This document shows, one piece after another, positions 1 to 6,048 of a stretch of 13,437 bases of DNA; the stretch's first letter is position 1; the number at the start of each line of letters is the position of its first letter. This DNA is from Hormoscilla sp. (GTDB lineage: Bacteria > Cyanobacteriota > Cyanobacteriia > Cyanobacteriales > Desertifilaceae). Below the pieces are notes generated by a model, which searched no databases, had not been told where the DNA came from, and saw only the letters and a list, made by a program, of their open reading frames with translations. A program made the position numbers and the translations under genes. Location: positions 1 to 13,437 of the forward strand of contig JBFRWI010000206.1 in the NCBI GenBank assembly GCA_051439505.1, in the 5' to 3' direction.

Positions 1-107
1 GTTGCGCGATCGGGGCTGCGGACGGCTATTTTGATGATGATGAGAAGAGCATGATCAGAGAAATGTGCAAAGAATTGACCTTAAGTCCAGCGGAATTTAA
101 GTTGTAA
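1..107 (+). CDS. terB: Tellurite resistance TerB family protein, C-terminal end (5' partial)
   Basis: Frame 3 reads CAIGAADGYFDDDEKSMIREMCKELTLSPAEFKL* (TAA 105-107). This matches the characteristic TerB C-terminus (AxADGxFDxxE...ICxxLxLxPxxF) and lies directly upstream of Ter-family genes. Not in the ORF track. Confidence 0.85.
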   Translation, partial: CAIGAADGYFDDDEKSMIREMCKELTLSPAEFKL

Positions 108-127
108 AGAATAGCGACAGCGTATCC

Positions 128-148
128 GTAGGGTGGGCATTGCCCACC
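128..148 (+). repeat. REP-like GTAG-hairpin element (GTAGGGTGGGCATTGCCCACC)
   Basis: GTAG foot followed by a GGTGGGCA/TGCCCACC palindrome; related copies start at 1582, 1940, 4729 and 10759. Confidence 0.85.
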
Positions 149-183
149 TGAAAGTTAAGAAATAATTACGAGCCCGGCAAAAT

Positions 184-1569
184 ATGGCAGAAATCAAAGC
201 AAAAGTAACATTGACAAAAAAAGGGGAAGAAGCTTACGTATCTGTAAAGCAGCTGATGGCAAAGCTGAAATGGACAGCAGCAGTAGACTTGGATTTAATG
301 GCCTTCTATAAAGCCAAAGATGGGAGAGTTGGAGCGGTTTTTTCCGAAAATTATAGCGGCGGCTCGATGGGCAGTCTGAATTCATTTCCATTCATCCAAT
401 TGAGCGAAGATGCTGGTGCTGATGCTAGGTCGGGCGAAGATGAAGAAGTCTTGCGCATTACCAAATTAGAGGATTTGGCAGAAGTATATATCTGCACGAT
501 CAACTTCACGGAGGCAATGCAAAATCGACAGACTTCCTTTAGCAATTACGATGCCCAGGTATTGCTGATCGACGACAAAGGCGAATCTATAGCAGTACCC
601 CTAGATTCTCCTCAGTCTGGCACTGTCGCAGTTATTGCTAAAATTGACAACGCTGGCTTTATGGGCGCTAAGTTGGTGAATGAAAACCAAATTATGGATC
701 TGGCGACATTTCAGGCAACTATTCCCGGTGCCAGCAGCTTGCAATTGCTATCTAAAGCCGCTTTACTAGAGAAAAAGCTGGAACAGCAAGCGCCCCAAAT
801 TTTGCAGTTGGCTAAGAAGGCAACTTTGGCTATTAAAAAAGCCAACCTGACGGACCATCAAGCTAAGGTGGCCCTTTGTCTTGACATTTCGGCGTCTATG
901 GGTCATCTCTATAAGTCGGGGAAAATACAACGGTTTGCTGAGAAGATTCTGGCTTTGGGATGTCGCTTTGACGATGATGGAGCGATCGACATCTTCCTGT
1001 TTGGAGCCAATGCCCATAGCGCCGGAGAAATGAATGTTGATAATTTCGCCAACTTTATTCCTAAGATCCTGAAGAAGTACCCTCTGGAAGGTTCTACTTA
1101 CTACGGCAAGGCGATGCAGGGAATTAGAAACTTCTATTTCCCCGACGGTAAGGGAGAAGCGAGAAAGTCACCAGTTGCCTCAAATATTCCAGTTTACGTG
1201 ATGTTTGTCACGGATGGAGCCACCTTTGACGAGCAGATTACCGAACGACAGTTGAAGTGGTCCTCCTATGAACCGATATTCTGGCAATATATGGCGATCG
1301 GGAAGTCGCGCCGGGACATCAAAAAAGGTGGGTTAGGGGGTTTGGTAGCCAAAGCATTTGCTAGTAATTTTACCTTTCTAGAACGCTTGGACGAAATGAG
1401 GGGTAGATACCTGGACAATGCCAATTTTTTCAGCGTGGAAGACCCCGAAAGCATTTCGGACGATGAACTATACGAACTGCTGATGAGTGAATATCCCACC
1501 TGGGTGAAATTAGCCCAGAACAAAGATCTATTACGCCCAATAGTGTGGGCACCATCTAGCATTTCGTAG
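184..1569 (+). CDS. TerD-fold domain + vWA (vWA-TerF-like) fusion protein
   Basis: N-terminal ~190 aa carry WTAAVDLDL and LSEDAG...EDEEVLRI (TerD-fold acidic motifs). The C-terminal part has an intact MIDAS (LDISASM, GSTYY, FVTDG) plus PIFWQY, FLERLDEMRGRYLDNANFF and LMSEYPTW, typical of Ter-associated vWA proteins. Confidence 0.9.
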   Translation: MAEIKAKVTLTKKGEEAYVSVKQLMAKLKWTAAVDLDLMAFYKAKDGRVGAVFSENYSGGSMGSLNSFPFIQLSEDAGADARSGEDEEVLRITKLEDLAEVYICTINFTEAMQNRQTSFSNYDAQVLLIDDKGESIAVPLDSPQSGTVAVIAKIDNAGFMGAKLVNENQIMDLATFQATIPGASSLQLLSKAALLEKKLEQQAPQILQLAKKATLAIKKANLTDHQAKVALCLDISASMGHLYKSGKIQRFAEKILALGCRFDDDGAIDIFLFGANAHSAGEMNVDNFANFIPKILKKYPLEGSTYYGKAMQGIRNFYFPDGKGEARKSPVASNIPVYVMFVTDGATFDEQITERQLKWSSYEPIFWQYMAIGKSRRDIKKGGLGGLVAKAFASNFTFLERLDEMRGRYLDNANFFSVEDPESISDDELYELLMSEYPTWVKLAQNKDLLRPIVWAPSSIS

Positions 1570-1581
1570 CAGGGGAAATCA

Positions 1582-1602
1582 GTAGGGTGGGCACCGCCCA
1601 CC
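1582..1602 (+). repeat. REP-like GTAG-hairpin element
   Basis: GTAGGGTGGGCACCGCCCACC, identical to the copies at 4729 and 10759. Confidence 0.85.
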
Positions 1603-1644
1603 ATTAACCTTCAAACATAGGGGGATAATAAATTGTTGATTTAT

Positions 1645-1673
1645 GTGCCAATAAAAAAATATTGTGGTAAGAT
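1645..1673 (+). promoter_or_regulatory. Possible sigma70-type extended -10 promoter for the small gene at 1711
   Basis: GTGCCA (1645-1650), 17-nt spacer, TAAGAT (1668-1673) preceded by TGn, in an AT-rich tract. A GGAG RBS lies ~10 nt before ATG 1711. Confidence 0.3.
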
Positions 1674-1710
1674 AGAGTCAGATAAGAAAATGGGAGTGGA
1701 GACAACTATA

Positions 1711-1943
1711 ATGACTGGATTAGAAGCATTACCATCTGTCCAATTTGTCACGAGAGAAGGAAAGCGACTAGCTGTCTTGAGTGCTGAAGATTGGGAAGCC
1801 ATGATAGAATGGTTGGAAAATGTTGAAGAGCGAAGCGTGTGCAAATCGCCCAGAGTGCTTTCGCTCAATTACAAGCAGCAGGAGGCGATCGCACCAAAGC
1901 AGGTTGGTTGAAATGGGACTCTGTAGAAAAGGAGTTAGCGTAG
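1711..1943 (+). pseudogene. Small antitoxin-like (Phd/YefM-like) hypothetical gene, frameshifted by an apparent 8-bp insertion
   Basis: MTGLEALPSVQFVTREGKRLAVLSAEDWEAMIEWLENVE continues in another frame as VQIAQSAFAQLQAAGGDRTKAGWLKWDSVEKELA* (TAG 1941-1943). Removing GCGAAGCG (1830-1837) restores a 74-aa ORF reading ...ENVEDVQIA... and ending in WxxVxxEL, as in many type II antitoxins. Confidence 0.65.
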
Positions 1944-2006
1944 GGTGGGCACCTTCGATATATCCGGAGAGCGCTAATCGCACTACTCCGGATATATCGA
2001 CCCACC
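1940..2006 (+). repeat. REP-like element split by an internal 15-bp perfect inverted repeat
   Basis: GTAGGGTGGGCACC (1940-1953), T, TCGATATATCCGGAG (1955-1969), 16-nt loop, CTCCGGATATATCGA (1986-2000), then CCCACC (2001-2006). Confidence 0.8.
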
Positions 2007-2089
2007 ATGGATGGAATATCTGTGAAATAACGATATTAAGCAATTCAAAATTATTGCATTTGAAACTCATATCTTGCAATTTTAAACTA

Positions 2090-2135
2090 GAGGCAGAGTC
2101 TCCAAAATTGGTTCCCAGGCGGAGCCTGGGAACCA
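2090..2135. repeat. Palindromic intergenic repeat (12-bp stem hairpin plus a small hairpin)
   Basis: TGGTTCCCAGGC-GGA-GCCTGGGAACCA (2109-2135), preceded by GAGGC-AGA-GTCTC (2090-2102). Confidence 0.7.
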
Positions 2136-2161
2136 GGGCATTAGTCCCGTAAAATAATGAT

Positions 2162-2213
2162 CTAGTCGGTTTTAACCGACTTAAGCTATTAGCCGGGGGT
2201 TTGAACCCCCGGC
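2162..2213. repeat. Double-hairpin REP-like repeat
   Basis: AGTCGGTT-TT-AACCGACT (2164-2181) and GCCGGGGGTT-TG-AACCCCCGGC (2192-2213); each starts at a CTAG or TTAG tetranucleotide. Confidence 0.7.
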
Positions 2214-2252
2214 GGGATAACAGCGAAGTTAAGAGTTGAGTAGGAGAAAAAA

Positions 2253-3437
2253 ATGGCAGAACTAAAAGCAAAAGTAACTCTGAAGCAAAAGGGCGAAGAA
2301 GCATATGTTTCCCTGAAGCAACTGATGGCATCTCTAAAATGGACGGCGGCAGTTGACTTGGATTTAATGGCATTTTACAAGGCCAAAGACGGTCGCGTGG
2401 GTGGGATTTTCTCAGATAATTACGCTGGGGGTTCCATGGGTAGTCTCAACTCATTTCCGTTCATCCAACTGAGTGGAGATGCTGGAGTGGGGGCCACGGG
2501 AGGGGAAAATGAAGAAACCCTCCGCATTACCAAGCTGGATGATTTGGCAGAACTCTATATCTGCACGATTAATTTTACTGATGCGGTGCAGAACCGCGAT
2601 CGGGCCTTTAGCAGTTATGATGCTTACGTATTGGTTGTGGATGACAAAGGCGAATCAGTAGCAGTGCCTCTAGATTCTACGGAACCGGGAACGGTGGCAG
2701 TCATTGCCAAAATCGATAACACCGGATTCATGGGAGCCAAAATGATTAATGAAAACCGGGTGATGGATATGGCAACCTTTCAAAACACTATTCCCGGGGC
2801 CAATACCCTGAAACTCGCCTCCAAAGTGGTGCTGCAACGCAAGGGAGATTCGGCACGACTGAAGGCAAAATATGGTGGCGGACTGGGGGAAATTTTGGTC
2901 AATCTGAACTGGAATCAGGGACAACCGCAGCCGCAAAAAAAAGGTTTATTGGGAACTTTGCTAGGGGGATACCAAAGCAGCGGCATCGATCTGGACCTGG
3001 GTTGCTTGTTTGAAATGACTACGGGAGAAAAAAGCGCGATCCAACCCTTGGGAAATGCCTTTGGGGCCTTCGATCGCTCTCCATTTATTCTCCATTGCGG
3101 GGACGATCGCACGGGTGCATGGTCCTCGGGGGAAAATATGCGGATCAATGGCGACAGACTTCGGGAAATCAAACGGGTTTTGGTCTATGCTTATATCTAC
3201 GAAGGCATTGCCAATTGGTTAGAAGCAGATGGCATTGTCACCATTATCCAGACCGGTGCCCCCGATATCGTCGTGGCCTTGGACGAGGGGCGCAACATGC
3301 CGATGTGCGCGATCGCCTTATTTGAGAATATCGGCGATACCTTCAGCGTCAAGAAAGTCGTGCAATATTTCTCCGGACAACCAGAAATGGATCGGGCCTT
3401 CAACTGGGGACTGCAATGGATCGCCGGATCTAAATAA
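2253..3437 (+). CDS. Tandem TerD-fold protein (shared N-module + TerA C-terminal-like domain)
   Basis: RBS AGGAG. The N-module is paralogous to that of 184. The C-domain has VNLNWNQ...KKGLLGTLLGG...GIDLDLGCLFE...IQPLGNAFG...GDDRTG...GENMRING...RVLVYAYIYEG...MDRAFNWGLQWIAGSK, hallmark TerA/TerD-type motifs. Confidence 0.9.
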   Translation: MAELKAKVTLKQKGEEAYVSLKQLMASLKWTAAVDLDLMAFYKAKDGRVGGIFSDNYAGGSMGSLNSFPFIQLSGDAGVGATGGENEETLRITKLDDLAELYICTINFTDAVQNRDRAFSSYDAYVLVVDDKGESVAVPLDSTEPGTVAVIAKIDNTGFMGAKMINENRVMDMATFQNTIPGANTLKLASKVVLQRKGDSARLKAKYGGGLGEILVNLNWNQGQPQPQKKGLLGTLLGGYQSSGIDLDLGCLFEMTTGEKSAIQPLGNAFGAFDRSPFILHCGDDRTGAWSSGENMRINGDRLREIKRVLVYAYIYEGIANWLEADGIVTIIQTGAPDIVVALDEGRNMPMCAIALFENIGDTFSVKKVVQYFSGQPEMDRAFNWGLQWIAGSK

Positions 3438-3444
3438 TTGTCTC

Positions 3445-3468
3445 GTAGGACAGGCGAGACGCCTGTCC
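3445..3468 (+). repeat. GTAG-hairpin REP-like element, second type
   Basis: GTA followed by GGACAGGCG-AGA-CGCCTGTCC (9-bp stem, 3448-3468), 7 nt after the stop codon of 2253..3437. Confidence 0.7.
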
Positions 3469-3473
3469 GTCCT

Positions 3474-3501
3474 CAATTTGCAATTCTCAATTTTCAATTG
3501 C
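3474..3501. repeat. Heptamer tandem repeat (STRR-like), CAATTNN x4
   Basis: CAATTTG CAATTCT CAATTTT CAATTGC. Confidence 0.6.
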
Positions 3502-3511
3502 GAGGCTAAAA

Positions 3512-4732
3512 ATGCTGCCTGATATCAACAACCTGAGATTTCCCTATGAAAGGAAGCTATTCATAGAAGTGCAGATGAACCCTGACATTTCCAGGGTGCT
3601 AGAGGAAGTATCGGGTGACTTTAATTCCACTAAACGTTATTTGCTAGGAACTGCTGTAAAGATTACCGAAGCATTAATTCCGGAACTGTATAAACTCTAT
3701 CAAACCTGTTTAGAACGGGTGGGAACGGGATTGCAAGGTAATCTTTACGTCCAACAGTCAAGTGATTATAACGCGGGCGTGTTGGCGGTTGGTTCTCGGT
3801 TCGATATCATCCTGTGTTCGGCTATTGTTAAGGATTTTAAGCCCGCAGAAATTGCCTTTGTCATCGGTCACGAATTGGGTCACGTGCTGTTTGCACATAA
3901 CCAAATTCCGGTGCAGCAAATATTAGCAGCAAGCGAACGCCTTTCCTATCAAGTTACCAGTCTGCTATTTCAATGGTCCCGGGCAGCCGAAATATCTGCC
4001 GATCGCATCGGGTTATTATGTAGTGGTAGTCTCGCAAGTGCTGCCAATGCTTTCTTCAAAACATCCAGTGGTTTGTGTTTAGATAGAGAAGAGGAAATTA
4101 TCCATTCTCTGCGCAGTCAGTATGATGAAATTGCCCGCTTATCAACGGCGATAGTTAACCCTCATGAAACTTTCTGCACCCATCCTCTCATTCCCATTAG
4201 GTTTAAGAGTTTAGAACTGATTTGTCTAGACATAATGGCCTGGCGAAACTACAAATCGAAGCTCAAGATTTCCTGGGCACAAATAGATGCGGAAATCGAG
4301 GAAGTATTGCTCAAAACCGAACCATTGGGAAAGAGAATTTTACGTTTGAGTTTTTCTCAAGCTGCTGTGGCACTCATGATGTTAAGCTTGCTTTACATAG
4401 CAGTCAGCGATGGCGAACTGAATAAACATGAAGAATATTTTATTCGCGAGATCCAGCAACAGGTTGCCCCGGAGTTAAATCTTCAAGAAATCTTGGCCCT
4501 CTGCAAGGGCGATCGGGGCAAGTTTAGCAAGCAAGTTATCTCCGATGTTAGCAACAATCGGGTCTCCAGACAAGAGGCAGAGACAATCTTGCAACTGGGT
4601 TACGCGATCGCGAGATGCGATCGTCCCCTCAGTCCTGCCGAAATTCAAGCCATGGAGGCGATCTGCGAGTCCTTGGGTTGTGAAGTTATGTTGCTACAGG
4701 CGGTGATTAGCCACAATCAGGCTATAATGTAG
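3512..4732 (+). CDS. M48-family zinc metalloprotease fused to a C-terminal TerB-like domain
   Basis: M48 motifs: YNAGV, EIAFVIGHELGH (HExxH at 3869-3883), WSRAAEISADR (third-ligand Glu) and THP..R. The C-terminal ~120 aa have the two TerB half-motifs IAVSDGELNKHEE and IARCDRPLSPAE...ICESLG. Confidence 0.85.
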   Translation: MLPDINNLRFPYERKLFIEVQMNPDISRVLEEVSGDFNSTKRYLLGTAVKITEALIPELYKLYQTCLERVGTGLQGNLYVQQSSDYNAGVLAVGSRFDIILCSAIVKDFKPAEIAFVIGHELGHVLFAHNQIPVQQILAASERLSYQVTSLLFQWSRAAEISADRIGLLCSGSLASAANAFFKTSSGLCLDREEEIIHSLRSQYDEIARLSTAIVNPHETFCTHPLIPIRFKSLELICLDIMAWRNYKSKLKISWAQIDAEIEEVLLKTEPLGKRILRLSFSQAAVALMMLSLLYIAVSDGELNKHEEYFIREIQQQVAPELNLQEILALCKGDRGKFSKQVISDVSNNRVSRQEAETILQLGYAIARCDRPLSPAEIQAMEAICESLGCEVMLLQAVISHNQAIM

Positions 4733-4788
4733 GGTGGGCACCGCCCACCAGGCACCGCCCACCAGAGAGGACCGGGCATCACCCACCA
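4729..4788 (+). repeat. REP-like GTAG element with tandemly duplicated 3' half
   Basis: GTAGGGTGGGCACCGCCCACCA; GGCACCGCCCACCA occurs at 4737-4750 and 4751-4764, with a degenerate GGGCATCACCCACCA at 4774-4788. Confidence 0.8.
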
Positions 4789-4802
4789 GGGGGGAGAAAA
4801 AA

Positions 4803-5939
4803 ATGGCAGAACTGAAAGCAAAAGTAACGTTAAAGCAAAAGGGCGAAGCAGCTTACATCTCAGTCAAGCAACTGCTAGTCACCCTGAAATGGACAGCAGC
4901 AGTTGACTTAGATTTGATGGCCTTTTACAAAGCCAAAGACGGTCGAGTTGGTGCAGTCTTTTCCGAAAACTATGCCGGAGGTTCCCTGGGTAGCCTCAAT
5001 ACATTTCCTTTCATCCAACTGAGTGGGGATGCAGGAGTGGGGGCTGCGGGGGGAGATAATGAAGAAACCCTGCGCATCACTAAATTGGATGATTTGGCAG
5101 AACTGTATATCTGCACGCTCAATTTTACTGATGCCGCCTATAACCGGGATATATCCTTTGGCAATTATGACGCTTATGTCGTGGTTGTGGATGAAAAGGG
5201 CGAATCAATAGGGGTTTTTCTCGATGATCAAGATCCTGGTGTAGTGGCAGTTATTGCTAAGATTGATAATACTGACTTCATGGGACCAAAGCTAGTCAAG
5301 GAAAACCGTGTCATGTCCCTGGCTAATTTTCAAGCAACTATTCCTGGGGCAAACCTGTTGCATCTGACCTCTAAAATAGTCCTCAAGCAAAAAGGCGATC
5401 GGGCCAATATCCCAGTAAAAAATCTGCGCGTGACCATGAAATGGAAGGCAGCAGTAGATTTAGACTTGCATGCCTACTTTCAGACCAAATTTACGGCCCC
5501 TACTGGCGGTAATTTTTTCTCCAGATTAGTCGGTGGCGGCAGTGGCAAGCCTGGAGATGAAGGTCATGTTTATTACGCCAACCGGGGCAGTAAAAAATCT
5601 TTTCCCTGGATATATCTGGATCGAGATGCGGGTATTGGCGATGTCGGTGGCAATAATGAAGAAAATCTTTATTTTACGGATTTGCAATATTTAGAGCATA
5701 TCCTGATCGTAGCTAACATCTATAATAAACCGAAAGCAAACTTTGCCAGTTATGATGGTAAAGTCATAGTCAAGGCAAACAGTCGCAGCTTCGAGGTGCC
5801 CCTGACAGCGACAACAGGCGGTAACAGCTGCATCATTGCTCACGTTGATAATTCCGGTCCTGCTGGTCCGGTTTTGGTGAACGCGAATAAAGCGATCGGA
5901 CATGCGCCCACAATAGCGGAGTTTCTCTATCTTCCCTAG
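4803..5939 (+). CDS. Tandem TerD-fold protein (shared N-module + second related TerD-fold module)
   Basis: Start reassigned to ATG 4803 (GGAG RBS; MAELKAKVTLKQKGE identical to 2253). The C-domain repeats the N-module motifs: MKWKAAVDLDL, FPWIYLDRDAGIGDVGGNNEENL, NFASYDG, IIAHVDNSG, LVNAN. Confidence 0.88.
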   Translation: MAELKAKVTLKQKGEAAYISVKQLLVTLKWTAAVDLDLMAFYKAKDGRVGAVFSENYAGGSLGSLNTFPFIQLSGDAGVGAAGGDNEETLRITKLDDLAELYICTLNFTDAAYNRDISFGNYDAYVVVVDEKGESIGVFLDDQDPGVVAVIAKIDNTDFMGPKLVKENRVMSLANFQATIPGANLLHLTSKIVLKQKGDRANIPVKNLRVTMKWKAAVDLDLHAYFQTKFTAPTGGNFFSRLVGGGSGKPGDEGHVYYANRGSKKSFPWIYLDRDAGIGDVGGNNEENLYFTDLQYLEHILIVANIYNKPKANFASYDGKVIVKANSRSFEVPLTATTGGNSCIIAHVDNSGPAGPVLVNANKAIGHAPTIAEFLYLP

Positions 5940-5940
5940 T

Positions 5941-6007
5941 TGTCAGTTGTCAGTTGTCAGTTGTCAGCTGTCTACTAACCACTAACCACTAACGACTAAC
6001 CACTAGC
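5941..6007. repeat. Two adjacent heptamer tandem arrays (STRR-like): TGTCAGT x4 and ACTAACC x~5
   Basis: TGTCAGT units at 5941-5972, then ACTAACC/ACTAACG units at 5974-6007; the two arrays are partly complementary. Confidence 0.85.
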
Positions 6008-6048
6008 ACATATAATCAGATAGTAGCGACAAATAAGAGGATCGGAAG

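Noticed and set aside
1633..1911. 92-aa ORF as an intact gene
   Set aside because: It starts at a TTG in an AT-rich leader. The RBS-supported start is 1711, and the 3' part is out of frame after 1830, so it is treated as a pseudogene ending at 1943.
1768..2373. 201-aa minus-strand ORF and overlapping 1820..2152 plus-strand ORF
   Set aside because: Both run through palindromic repeats and overlap better-supported genes, and neither has recognisable motifs.
4734..4802. 23-aa N-terminal extension of the 4734..5939 ORF
   Set aside because: It is translated REP sequence; paralogue alignment and the RBS place the start at 4803.
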